Of a stretch of DNA of 32,000 bases, positions 1-8,794 are shown in pieces; position 1 is the stretch's first letter, and every line of letters begins with the position of its first letter. The DNA is taken from contig NC_009925.1 of NCBI RefSeq assembly GCF_000018105.1, forward strand, positions 5,100,001 through 5,132,000, in the 5' to 3' direction. The position numbers and the translations under genes were made by a program. The notes beneath the pieces were generated by a model. That model had not been told where the DNA came from and did no database searches. It saw nothing but the letters and a program-made list of their open reading frames with translations. The DNA is from Acaryochloris marina MBIC11017 (GTDB lineage Bacteria > Cyanobacteriota > Cyanobacteriia > Thermosynechococcales > Thermosynechococcaceae).

Positions 1-505
1 AAAACGTGATTTGCAAGGGAGGATGCTGGGCGTCTGCCAAAATTTGCGCTTGCTCAGGTGTAATTAGGTCTTGCAGGGTGTCACCGATGGGTTCTGATCG
101 CAGGTGCAGTTTTGTGGCTAGGGCAATGGCAACGAGTAGATTGAGTAGGGTGTCTCGATCCGTGGATGGGGTGGCTTTGGGGGAGGGCCAAAGTAAAGCA
201 ACCTGACGAGCAAAGTTGCGGCTATTAACGACCAGTGTTCCCCAAGCTTTGCGGCCATCCCAAAACCGATCGTAGGCCGTGTTAGTGCGAAACACGAGCA
301 GTAAGCCCAAGACCAGGTTGTAGACCACATTGGTGGTTAAGTCACCGATTTCTTGGAGGTAGATGGGGTAGTCAAAATAGTCAAGACTACAGATGGCCAA
401 GGTAAACCCGGTAAAGGCCAGAATTCGAGGCAGGATAATGCCCGCGACGGAGCCGTCGAGTCTGAAAGTGGTTGCTAGCCAATTCGATTTGGTTGGAGTA
501 TACAT
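1..505 (-). CDS. Bestrophin-like / UPF0187 (YneE) family anion channel, N-terminal part only (gene runs off the window start)
   Basis: Absent from the supplied ORF track because no stop codon lies in the window. A minus-strand ATG at 505-503 opens a stop-free frame down to base 2: MYTPTKSNWLATTFRLDGSVAGIILPRILAFTGFTLAICSLDYFDYPIYLQEIGDLTTNVVYNLVLGLLLVFRTNTAYDRFWDGRKAWGTLVVNSRNFARQV... The block LVFRTNTAYDRFW(D/E)GRKxWG is the hallmark of bacterial bestrophin/UPF0187 proteins. The gene starts 8 nt after the stop of the upstream TPR gene. Confidence 0.8.
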   Translation of the reverse strand, partial: MYTPTKSNWLATTFRLDGSVAGIILPRILAFTGFTLAICSLDYFDYPIYLQEIGDLTTNVVYNLVLGLLLVFRTNTAYDRFWDGRKAWGTLVVNSRNFARQVALLWPSPKATPSTDRDTLLNLLVAIALATKLHLRSEPIGDTLQDLITPEQAQILADAQHPPLQITF

Positions 506-513
506 AGTGTCGT

Positions 514-954
514 TTAGCTGGAAAGATTGAGTTCGTCGGCTTGGGTTTCAATAAACAGCCGCATGCGACGAACGTTGCGATAGTTGGCGGCCTGGGATTG
601 CGCTTGGTAAAGGGCTGCCGCTTGGTTTAAATCTGAGATCGCACGTTCATATTGCTCTTGCAAATAATGAACCCAACCTCGCTGCTCCAGAATTTGTGGG
701 TTTTGTCCAGCGGAGAGATCTACCGCTTTATTAAAGGCTTGGAGGCTATTGATATAATCCTCGACAATCAAAGCATTCATTCCCACCGTTTGCCAGTCCT
801 GAGCCGTTTGTAGCGTGTCAGGTAGAGGCTGGCGAACGGTGATGGGTCTTTTAAAGCTGCGGTGCTGCTCTGCAGGTGTTGCCGTTGCTATTCCAGGTAG
901 AACGCTATTAAAGACAATTACTAAACATAAGGTTGGTACTAATCTCAAAGGCAT
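514..954 (-). CDS. Secreted TPR-like repeat protein
   Basis: 146-aa ORF. The hydrophobic N-terminus MPLRLVPTLCLVIVFNSVLPGIATATPAEQ looks like a signal peptide. The remainder has TPR-like helical-repeat character (YINSLQAFNKAVDL...LEQRGWVHYLQEQYERAISDLNQAAALY). Probably co-transcribed with the bestrophin-like gene. Confidence 0.6.
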   Translation of the reverse strand: MPLRLVPTLCLVIVFNSVLPGIATATPAEQHRSFKRPITVRQPLPDTLQTAQDWQTVGMNALIVEDYINSLQAFNKAVDLSAGQNPQILEQRGWVHYLQEQYERAISDLNQAAALYQAQSQAANYRNVRRMRLFIETQADELNLSS

Positions 955-1190
955 AAATAGCTCGTGTCATTACTAATCTCCACCTTAGAAAATTCAGGAG
1001 CTTCATACATCTTCTAAAAGACAGGATTATGTCTCTCTCCAAAGATAGAGATGGATAAAAATTTGAGTCATTTATGGATCACAATCTCTACCTTAGGGAG
1101 GATGGCCAGAACTATAAGTTACGGCTAGAGGTAGAGGAGAGTCTTCGGTAGCTTCCTATTAAATGTAACTATCAGATTTAGCCTTAACTC

Positions 1191-2111
1191 ATGAAATACG
1201 ACCATCAGCTCTTAACCGATCCTCAGACATCTGCCCCTAAGACGGGTGGTATTGCTTACCAGGAAGCCCTCAAAAAATGGTCAGAACGGCCTACTCAGCT
1301 CTTATCGCCATCCCAGTCCTTGCTAAGTTTGGAGTCCGTTGGACGGACTGATGTCGGGCTTAATCGCTCCCACAACGAAGATTACTTTTCGATTGATCAG
1401 CAGCACTTTTGCACGCCTGATCTTCCTGATGGTGGCTATCGAGGTCTCTATATCCTTTGTGATGGCATGGGGGGCATGGCTAGAGGAGAAGTGGCAAGTG
1501 AACTGGCGACTAAAACCCTACGGAGTTATCTGAATAGCCGCTGGCAACGCCATTTACCTACTGAAATTGGTTTAGAACTGGCTATTAATACGGCCAATAA
1601 AGCAGTCTATGAACGCAACCAGAGAGAGCAGCGTGCTGGCTCGGGCCGCATGGGAACCACTGCCGTTGTGGTAATGGTAAATAATACCCACATTAGATAT
1701 GTCCATATTGGAGACAGTCGCCTGTATCGATTGACACGACAATATGGTCTGCAGCAATTAACCACCGATCACAATGCCTATCAGCGGGCTTTGCAGCGGG
1801 GCTACTCCCCAGAAGAAGCGCAAGCCTTTGGGCCACAATTGACCAAAGCCTTAGGACCTTGGTCTGGGGAATCGCTCCGCCCTAAGTCTCAAACCTTAGC
1901 GGTGGAAGAAGATACGGTCTTTCTCCTCTGCTCTGATGGCCTCAGCGATCACGATTTATTGGAAAACCATGCCAATAGTCATTTAATGGGAATGTTGGAT
2001 TTTCGTACCGATCTTGCGACTGGGATGGATCAACTGATGGCATTGGCCAACCAGAAAAATGGTCATGACAACATTACTGCGATCGCAGTTCGGTTACGGC
2101 CTCAGCCTTAA
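1191..2111 (+). CDS. PP2C (PPM) family serine/threonine protein phosphatase
   Basis: All PPM signature blocks are present: GLNRSHNEDYF, LYILCDGMGGMARGEVAS, GTTAVVVMV, HIGDSRLYRL, LLCSDGLSD and GHDNITAIAV. Confidence 0.9.
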   Translation: MKYDHQLLTDPQTSAPKTGGIAYQEALKKWSERPTQLLSPSQSLLSLESVGRTDVGLNRSHNEDYFSIDQQHFCTPDLPDGGYRGLYILCDGMGGMARGEVASELATKTLRSYLNSRWQRHLPTEIGLELAINTANKAVYERNQREQRAGSGRMGTTAVVVMVNNTHIRYVHIGDSRLYRLTRQYGLQQLTTDHNAYQRALQRGYSPEEAQAFGPQLTKALGPWSGESLRPKSQTLAVEEDTVFLLCSDGLSDHDLLENHANSHLMGMLDFRTDLATGMDQLMALANQKNGHDNITAIAVRLRPQP

Positions 2112-2325
2112 AGGCGTCAATACCCAGGAACCAGGCTGGTGCGAGATCTGACGTTAGGAGCCCAACCTCGCTTAAAGCTGCTGGTCTCCAGAATGGTGGG
2201 AGACCACAAATCTCTTCCTTTCTATAGAGGTAAAATCGAGCAACGGTCCGATAGTCTGGAAGAGTCTCACTTAAAAATAGGTCTGTTAAAACTAAATACA
2301 ACGTACAGGGTGGCTTGAGAAGGAG

Positions 2326-2757
2326 ATGAATGACAAAGCAATCAACATTTTGCTCGTAGAAGATGACGAAGTAGACGTGATGAACGTCAAGCGGGCTTTC
2401 AAAAAAGGCATGATTACAAATCCCTTGTATGTCGCCAATAATGGCCTGGAAGCCTTGTCCATGTTGCGAGGAGAAGCGGGGGAGAAACCGCCCGTACCGA
2501 AGCATCGCCGTCTGATTCTGTTGGATCTCAATATGCCCAAAATGAATGGGTTGGAATTTCTAGAAGTCTTGCGCAGCGATCCGGATCTGCAATCGATTCC
2601 GGTGGTGGTATTGACCACCTCCGATGAAGATCGCGATCGCATCGAGGCATACCACTACAATGTGGCCGGTTATATCCTGAAACCCGTAACGTTTTCCAAC
2701 TTTGCAGAGGTGATGACCACCCTCAATAAATACTGGACCCTTTGCGAAATGCTGTAG
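2326..2757 (+). CDS. Single-domain response regulator (CheY-like receiver)
   Basis: Receiver motifs are present: ILLVEDDEVDV (acidic pocket), LILLDLNMPKMNG (phospho-acceptor Asp), VVVLTTS and YILKP (conserved Lys). There is no output domain. The 3' end overlaps the next gene. Confidence 0.9.
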   Translation: MNDKAINILLVEDDEVDVMNVKRAFKKGMITNPLYVANNGLEALSMLRGEAGEKPPVPKHRRLILLDLNMPKMNGLEFLEVLRSDPDLQSIPVVVLTTSDEDRDRIEAYHYNVAGYILKPVTFSNFAEVMTTLNKYWTLCEML

Positions 2758-2765
2758 TGGGATTG

Positions 2766-4010
2766 ATGGACGAGACGCTCAAACTCCTAGTGATTGATGA
2801 TGATGAAGTCGATCGGATGGCCGTTCGGCGGGCCTTAGGCAAAACCAATTTAGAGGTGGATCTGTCTGAAGCAGAGGATGGAGAAGCGGCCCTGTCTCTT
2901 CTTAAAAACCAGCAATTTGACTGTATTTTCGTCGATTTTTTACTGCCTGATCGGGATGGGTTGTCCTTAGCCAAGCAGCTGCAGCGATTGCAGGTAGACA
3001 CCCCCTTTGTAGTACTGACGGGACAAGGGGATGAGCAAATTGCAGTAGATGTTATGAAAGCTGGAGCCGCCGATTATCTGGCGAAACATCGGATTACACC
3101 GACAACTTTGGCTCGAACGATTCGCAGTGCCATTCGCCTCCATCGAGCTGAACAAGCCGCCCGCGCTGCCAAGCAGAAATTGCAAATCACCAATGATCAG
3201 TTACGGCAACAGAATGAAGAACTGGCCCACCATCGGGCTCAGATTGAAGCCCAGAACCAAGAGCTGATTAAAGCCTATCGCCTCAAGTCTGAGTTTATTG
3301 CCACCATTTCCCACGAGCTGCGAACGCCCATGAATGCAATTATGGGATTCTCTCAATTACTCTTGCGCCAGTATCCCGATCCCTTGAGTGAGCAGCAGTT
3401 GGACATGGTGCAGCGGATTTTTGACAACAGCCGCAATTTGTTGACTATGGTCAATGAAGTGTTGGACTTCTCTAAGATTGAGGCCAATCGCCTCGAACTG
3501 CACCCCGAACCCTTTCAACTCTCGGTTCCCATCCTGGCAACGATACAAGAACTCCAGGCCCTGGCCGTAGAAAAGGCTCTGACCTTAAAGGCGGAGATCC
3601 CGGAGACGCTGCAATCCATCCAGTTGACCAACGACCCTGAATGCCTCCGCCGGGTCCTGGTCAATCTGATTTCCAATGCCATCAAATTTACCGAAGCGGG
3701 TGAAGTGACGCTCCAGCTCCACCAGCCCCAGCCCGACCAGATCAAAATTTCGGTGGTGGATACGGGCATTGGCATGACGCCTGAGCAGCTAAGCACCATC
3801 TTTGATCCCTTCTGTCAGGCCGATCAGTCTCTAACCCGCCATCATTCCGGGACTGGGTTGGGCCTTGCGATCACGGAATCCTTGGTTAAAGCCATGCAGG
3901 GGCAGATTTCAGTGAGCAGTCAACCGGGAGTTGGCTCAACTTTTACCGTTGAATTGCCCCTACAAGTGCAGACCTTGCCGAATGCCAAAGCTAAATCCTC
4001 TGTAATCTAG
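2766..4010 (+). CDS. Hybrid sensor: N-terminal receiver + coiled coil + HisKA + HATPase_c histidine kinase
   Basis: Receiver (LLVIDDDEVD...IFVDFLLPDRDG...VVLTGQGD...YLAKH). Coiled coil (QKLQITNDQLRQQNEEL). H-box (FIATISHELRTPMNAI). N box (NLISNAIKFT). G boxes (DTGIGM, GTGLGLAI). The track start at 2742 is a TTG overlapping the upstream stop, so the ATG at 2766 (MDETLKLLVIDDD) is preferred. No transmembrane segment is evident. Confidence 0.85.
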   Translation: MDETLKLLVIDDDEVDRMAVRRALGKTNLEVDLSEAEDGEAALSLLKNQQFDCIFVDFLLPDRDGLSLAKQLQRLQVDTPFVVLTGQGDEQIAVDVMKAGAADYLAKHRITPTTLARTIRSAIRLHRAEQAARAAKQKLQITNDQLRQQNEELAHHRAQIEAQNQELIKAYRLKSEFIATISHELRTPMNAIMGFSQLLLRQYPDPLSEQQLDMVQRIFDNSRNLLTMVNEVLDFSKIEANRLELHPEPFQLSVPILATIQELQALAVEKALTLKAEIPETLQSIQLTNDPECLRRVLVNLISNAIKFTEAGEVTLQLHQPQPDQIKISVVDTGIGMTPEQLSTIFDPFCQADQSLTRHHSGTGLGLAITESLVKAMQGQISVSSQPGVGSTFTVELPLQVQTLPNAKAKSSVI

Positions 4011-4029
4011 TGCCCCCTTTGAGAAGTTT

Positions 4030-5097
4030 ATGTCGCCTGCTTTATTGTCTAACCGCTATATTCTGGCCGTTGACGATCTGCCAGATAATTTGATGCTGCT
4101 CAAAATGATGTTGGAGAGTGCGGGCTACCGAATAGAGCTGGTGGATAGTGGTCCGGCGGCGCTGGCACAGATCCAAAAAGCCCAACCCGATTTAGTGATT
4201 TTGGATGTGATGATGCCGGGGATGAGTGGCTATGAAGTCACCCAGAAGATTCGCAATGACCCTCAATTACCCTATATTCCTATTCTGTTGATATCCGCCC
4301 ACGAGCGCTCAAGCGTGGTCAAGGGACTGGATGCCGGAGCCGATGATTTTATTCGTAAACCTGTGGAGTTAGAGGAACTGCAGGCGCGGGTGCGATCGCT
4401 TCTGCGTCTCAAGCAATCCATCGACCAGCGGGAGAACTTTATCTCTTGCCTCACCCATGATTTACGGACGCCGTTAATCGCTTGCGATCGCATGGTGGAC
4501 TTGGTCCGCCAAGGGGTATTTGGAGACATCGCCCCAGCGGTTGAGGAAGCCCTGGCGGGCGTTAGCAGCAGCAACCAAAACTTGCTGCAGATGCTCAACA
4601 ATTTGCTAGAGGTCTACTGCTATGAACTGGGGGAAAAGAAACTCAGTTTTATCTCCGTTGATATGCAGGAATTGATCACTGAGGTGGTTACAGAACTCCA
4701 TCCCCTGGCCTTAGAAAAGAACCTAGAGCTAATCGGCAATTGGCAGTCTGAGGTGCGGGAATTGAGTTGCGATCGCATGGAGTTGCGCCGGGTAATCACC
4801 AACCTCATCAACAATGCCATAAAGTTTACGGACACGGGTTCTGTAACCGTATCCAGTACCTCCGACACGAAACACCTTCAAATTGAGATTCAAGATACCG
4901 GCGTTGGTATTGCCGAAGCGGACCAAGCCCAGATTTTTGAGAGGTTTAAACAGACCCAGCATAATCGCTCTGGCCACGGCCTAGGGTTGCATTTATGTCA
5001 GCAAGTGGTCCAGGCTCATGGCGGGGAATTATCGGTGAGATCGCAACTTGGTCAAGGGAGTACCTTCACCCTTCAGCTCCCTCTGGCTGACTCTTAA
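4030..5097 (+). CDS. Hybrid sensor: N-terminal receiver + HisKA + HATPase_c histidine kinase
   Basis: Receiver (ILAVDDLPDN...LVILDVMMPGMSG...ILLISAH...FIRKP). H-box (FISCLTHDLRTPLIA). N box (NLINNAIKFT). G boxes (DTGVGI, GHGLGLHL). Starts 19 nt after the previous gene, so the same operon. Confidence 0.85.
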   Translation: MSPALLSNRYILAVDDLPDNLMLLKMMLESAGYRIELVDSGPAALAQIQKAQPDLVILDVMMPGMSGYEVTQKIRNDPQLPYIPILLISAHERSSVVKGLDAGADDFIRKPVELEELQARVRSLLRLKQSIDQRENFISCLTHDLRTPLIACDRMVDLVRQGVFGDIAPAVEEALAGVSSSNQNLLQMLNNLLEVYCYELGEKKLSFISVDMQELITEVVTELHPLALEKNLELIGNWQSEVRELSCDRMELRRVITNLINNAIKFTDTGSVTVSSTSDTKHLQIEIQDTGVGIAEADQAQIFERFKQTQHNRSGHGLGLHLCQQVVQAHGGELSVRSQLGQGSTFTLQLPLADS

Positions 5098-5318
5098 TTG
5101 CTGGCCAACATTCCCTGCAAAAAGGATCTATGTCTAAAGGTATAGATCTGTGTATACCTACGGGTAGAACCCTTTCCCAGCTTGGGTTGATAGGGTAAGG
5201 ATAAGCTTTCACACCTGCAACATTCATTCTGTACTCGATATTGCATCAATATTATCTGGAGAATGGCAAAGTTGCAGAGGAGGAGGATTTGAAGATTTTG
5301 CTATAAGGAGCGTTCCCC

Positions 5319-5618
5319 ATGCCAATGACAACCGACAGCAGACAAGCCTATATCGAAAAGGTCAAAGCTCAACTAGATCAATACGATGCCCAACTCGCAG
5401 AAATGAAAGCCAGAGCCGATCAAGTGGCTGCAAGTGCTCAAGTTGAATACCATTCCATGATGGAAGAAGCTCTAGTGAAACGAGATGCCATGCAGGCTCA
5501 ACTCACCAAACTTCACCGTTCCAGTGAGAGCGCTTGGGAAGAGATCCAAAACGGTTTAGAAAAAGCTGGACAAGAATTACAAAAATCTTTTGAAGCCGCT
5601 TTAGGAAAATTTCAGTAA
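5319..5618 (+). CDS. Small alpha-helical/coiled-coil protein of unknown function
   Basis: 99-aa ORF with an AAGGAG Shine-Dalgarno sequence 8 nt upstream of the ATG. The sequence is charged and heptad-like (YIEKVKAQLDQYDAQLAEMKARADQV...). No family was recognised. Confidence 0.55.
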   Translation: MPMTTDSRQAYIEKVKAQLDQYDAQLAEMKARADQVAASAQVEYHSMMEEALVKRDAMQAQLTKLHRSSESAWEEIQNGLEKAGQELQKSFEAALGKFQ

Positions 5619-5701
5619 AGAATTTGAGTGATCCATCATCCATTGCTTCTGAGAAAGTCAGCAGTGTCCCAGAATTTTGTAGGTAGAAGTCAATCACGAT
5701 A

Positions 5702-6604
5702 ATGTCCGATATTCTTAAGACTATTGAGTCAAGCTTAAATGAGCTGCTAGCAAGTTCAGTCAAGGTTTTCCCAGCGTTGTTAACGGCTGTCATTGTTTTA
5801 TTCCTAACCCGATATATGGCGCAATTTGCGCAACGTGTAGTGGGCAAAGCGGGCAAAACTGCCTTTCGGAGTCATTCTATTCAAATCCTCCTAGAGAAAA
5901 CGGCCTATGTTATGACCTGGGTGATAGGTGTTGTTTTTGCAGGGGTACTGGTGTTTCCTGGCCTAGATTTAGGAGATATTATTGCCACTCTAGGTTTAGG
6001 TTCTGTCGCGATTGGTTTTGCGTTTCAAGACATTATCAAAAACTTTTTCGCAGGTATTTTATTACTCCTACAAGAACCCTTCAGTATCAATGACCAAATC
6101 ATTATCGATAGCTTTGAAGGAACCGTTGAGAAAATTAATTTTCGCACCACTCAGATTCGTACATATCAAGGGGAGCGGATTCTGATCCCTAATGCCAATG
6201 TGTTTACCAGTGCAGTCCAGGTGCAAACGGCTTATCCAAGTCGGCGGACGGATCTAGGGGTTGGGGTTGATTACAATACGCCTCTAGAAGATGCTGCAAG
6301 CCTCTTGCAAGATACGATTGAACAGTTAGAGGGAGTGTTGCCTTCTCCTAGAGTTGAAATTGACTTAGTTGGATTTGGTGACAGCTCGATTGACTTTATC
6401 GTTCGCTATTGGACGGAACCTCAGCAGGCCCAGGTGAGACGAATTCAAACCAAGGCGATTATCGTGATTAAGAAGGCCTTTGACAAAGCGGATATCAATA
6501 TCCCCTATCCTATTCGGACGCTGTATTACTACAACCAAGATAATTACAACGATTACATGCCAACTAACAGGAATAGTAATAATCACCAGTTATCCAAGGT
6601 TTAG
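5702..6604 (+). CDS. Small-conductance mechanosensitive channel (MscS family)
   Basis: N-terminal TM helices are followed by the MscS pore/beta-domain signature GFAFQDIIKNFFAGILLLLQEPFSINDQIIIDSFEGTVEKINFRTTQIRTYQGERILIPNANVF. Confidence 0.9.
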   Translation: MSDILKTIESSLNELLASSVKVFPALLTAVIVLFLTRYMAQFAQRVVGKAGKTAFRSHSIQILLEKTAYVMTWVIGVVFAGVLVFPGLDLGDIIATLGLGSVAIGFAFQDIIKNFFAGILLLLQEPFSINDQIIIDSFEGTVEKINFRTTQIRTYQGERILIPNANVFTSAVQVQTAYPSRRTDLGVGVDYNTPLEDAASLLQDTIEQLEGVLPSPRVEIDLVGFGDSSIDFIVRYWTEPQQAQVRRIQTKAIIVIKKAFDKADINIPYPIRTLYYYNQDNYNDYMPTNRNSNNHQLSKV

Positions 6605-6633
6605 GTTGTTTACGCCTAATGGTTATTATTTTG

Positions 6634-6660
6634 AACCCCACATTTATGTGTGGGGTTTTT
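6634..6660 (+). terminator. Rho-independent terminator downstream of the MscS gene
   Basis: Stem CCCCACA (6636-6642), loop TTTATG, stem TGTGGGG (6649-6655), followed by TTTTT (6656-6660). Lies 30 nt after the stop codon. Confidence 0.8.
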
Positions 6661-6979
6661 AGCTGTCTTGAAAACCTGATCCTGGTTTATGTTCAACTGC
6701 AGGACAATTTCTTCTACTGCCATCATCCTGGAATCTATAAAGAGCAATTATCAGTAGATCACAAACCACTAGTTTGACAATGCAATATCCATGGTTTCAG
6801 GCTGTGCCATCCCACTATAATATTGCGAACTTTTATACTCCTGAAGAAGTCGTACACAAATGCATAGCTAGAAAATGCCTATCTTCCATGGATCACAGCA
6901 GAATTTGGCCACTGATCCAAACGTACTATTGACAAGGCTTCTAGAGACGTTTTCGATCTACATAATTTTGGAAAGCTTA

Positions 6980-8290
6980 CTATGGTCCAGTATGTTCGGA
7001 CATCACTTCCACTATCCTCAAAAGTTGACTATTTCGTTGACGCTCATGCTGTAACTGATCTTCTTGAGTTTGTAGTTGAGCCTTATAGCTTGCCTCCATT
7101 CGTTGTAACTCACGACTGTAATTTTCCTTGGCTGTCGTTTCAATAACACTTTTATCCACCGCAAGCGACCCTTCTAAACGGATAATAAGTTCCTCGCCCT
7201 TCCTTTCAATAGCCTGGATGCCAATCGCTTGGTCACCAAACTGGGAGCAGAGCTTCTGAAAAGACTGAAGAAAGGCTCGCCAGTCAATACCATCCACAAA
7301 GATTAGATCGATGGATTCCAAAGAGGTCTGGACTAAGGCGGCGAATTCATCCAAACCAAAATTTTCTGTGAGTGGACGACGTTCTTGTTGGGAAGCCTTG
7401 AGATAGATATATTCACAAACCACACCAGCAAAGTCAGTCTCAGCATTAATTTTCCAATCTTGAATACAAGCTCTTGTCAACAATGCATTGCGCAGCTTGC
7501 TATTAAGGAGATTGGCATTGCTGAGATTGGCACCGCTGAGATTGGCGCCACTAAAGTTAGTATTGCTGAGATTGGCATTGCTGAGGTCAGCATCTCTAAG
7601 ATTCGCATTGCTAAGGTTGGAACAACTCAGGTCTACACCTCTAAGATTGGCATCACTAAAGTTGGAACGAGCTAAGTCTGAATCACTAAGGTCAGCACCG
7701 ATGAGGTCAGTACCACTGAGGTAGGCACCAATAAGGTCTGAATCCCTGAGATCAGCACCAATGAGGCCAGAACCACTGAGATTGGCACGACTGAGGTCTG
7801 AATCGCTAAGGTCTGAATCACTAAGGTCTGAATCGCTAAGGTTGACCTCCCTGAGATTGGCACCACTGAGGTCTGAGTCTCTAAGATCGGCACCACTGAG
7901 GTAGGCACCGATGAGGTCTGAATCACTGAGGTTAGCACCCATCAGGTCTGAACCACTAAGGTTAGAATCGCTCAGATCAGTATCGGTGAGGTTAGTATGG
8001 CTGAGATTGGCACCGATGAGGTTAGCACGGCTGAGATTGGCACCGATGAGATTGGCATGGCTGAGATTGACACAGCTGAGATTGGAATCACTGAGGTCAG
8101 CACCGATGAGGTCAGTACCACTGAGATCCGAATTGCTGAGGTTAGCACGGTTCAGGTTGAAATCGCTGAGGTTAACATTGTTGAGGTTGGTAGAGCTAAA
8201 GTCTATCTTTATGGCTGTATTCTTTGCTCTCCAAGAATTCCAAGCATCGGCACCTTGCTTTAGTAAATCAACCTGTTCCTGATCAGCCAT
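6980..8290 (-). CDS. Pentapeptide-repeat protein with a non-repeat C-terminal domain ending in a coiled coil
   Basis: About 260 aa of A(D/N)LSx pentapeptide units ([33 protein letters not shown]...). This is followed by about 170 aa without repeats ([25 protein letters not shown]...[20 protein letters not shown]). The track start at 8317 is a TTG, so the ATG at 8290 ([21 protein letters not shown]) is preferred. Confidence 0.9.
   Translation of the reverse strand: MADQEQVDLLKQGADAWNSWRAKNTAIKIDFSSTNLNNVNLSDFNLNRANLSNSDLSGTDLIGADLSDSNLSCVNLSHANLIGANLSRANLIGANLSHTNLTDTDLSDSNLSGSDLMGANLSDSDLIGAYLSGADLRDSDLSGANLREVNLSDSDLSDSDLSDSDLSRANLSGSGLIGADLRDSDLIGAYLSGTDLIGADLSDSDLARSNFSDANLRGVDLSCSNLSNANLRDADLSNANLSNTNFSGANLSGANLSNANLLNSKLRNALLTRACIQDWKINAETDFAGVVCEYIYLKASQQERRPLTENFGLDEFAALVQTSLESIDLIFVDGIDWRAFLQSFQKLCSQFGDQAIGIQAIERKGEELIIRLEGSLAVDKSVIETTAKENYSRELQRMEASYKAQLQTQEDQLQHERQRNSQLLRIVEVMSEHTGP
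7796..7840 (-). repeat. Three tandem 15-bp units inside the pentapeptide gene (encode SDSDL x3)
   Basis: ggtctgaatcgctaa / ggtctgaatcactaa / ggtctgaatcgctaa in direct tandem. Related aggtctgaatc units recur near 7674, 7735 and 7915. Confidence 0.85.
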
Positions 8291-8711
8291 CACACTCTCA
8301 AAATCTTCCCGAAACAATCAATATCACTCAAATCTATTTCCAATAGGTAAATGAAAACCATGTCAATTAAATTCAGCGGGTTGGTTCAAATTAGAGAAAC
8401 ATTTTTGCTGAAAGGATAAGGGCTACCACTACTGCTGTGCAAGGACTTTAAGGATTTTGGATTGTATAAAAGAGTTACCCTGGCATCTTAATACTTGGAC
8501 TTTGCTGTTTTACGCTGAAGAAAAGAGACTCGGGTAGAGTGGCAGCGAGGGAAATCCATTAAAGGCCAACAGAGTATAGCTTAGGGCAAGTAATCAACCT
8601 ATCAGAATGGTGAAGCCTCTCCCATTTGGCTACTCAGGACTGACAGATTCCGGTCAGCTCTGGCTAAAGGACTCATTTGAGTTCGAGATTAGCAAACTCC
8701 CCGATTCTTGC

Positions 8712-8743
8712 GTAGGGTAAACCCTACCTTCTTCCGTAGAAGG
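8712..8743 (-). terminator. Two abutting hairpins downstream of the RTX-1 stop (possible terminator, no U-run)
   Basis: First hairpin: CCTTCT (8727-8732) / AGAAGG (8738-8743). Second hairpin: GTAGGG (8712-8717) / CCCTAC (8722-8727). They lie about 50 nt past the stop at 8795. No clear T-tract follows on the minus strand. Confidence 0.25.
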
Positions 8744-8794
8744 ATCTTAGAAACGGACATACCCCGAACTCAGATTAGGCATTTGATGAATCAC

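Noticed and set aside
6-330. Track ORFs 6-206 (+) and 118-330 (-).
   Set aside because: A different minus-strand frame across 1-505 encodes a clear bestrophin/UPF0187 signature. These two are alternative-frame artefacts.
977-1097. 11-bp direct repeat CTC(C/T)ACCTTAG at about 977 and about 1087 in the TPR/PP2C divergent promoter region.
   Set aside because: It is short, imperfect and seen only twice. No basis was found for calling it a binding site.
2074-3001. Minus-strand ORFs (143, 116 and 92 aa) overlapping the response-regulator and kinase genes.
   Set aside because: They are antisense to genes with unambiguous receiver and kinase motifs, and no motifs of their own were seen.
6774-6821. 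Consensus-looking TTGACA and TATAAT hexamers downstream of the MscS gene.
   Set aside because: They are 36 bp apart, far from the 16-18 bp spacing a sigma70 promoter needs, and no plus-strand gene follows.
7385-8282. Plus-strand ORFs (96, 78, 123 and 88 aa) and the regular 15/30-bp periodicity in this region, which could be mistaken for independent genes or a CRISPR-like array.
   Set aside because: The periodicity is the DNA image of the pentapeptide repeats in the minus-strand gene. There are no unique spacers, and the antisense ORFs are repetitive low-complexity translations.
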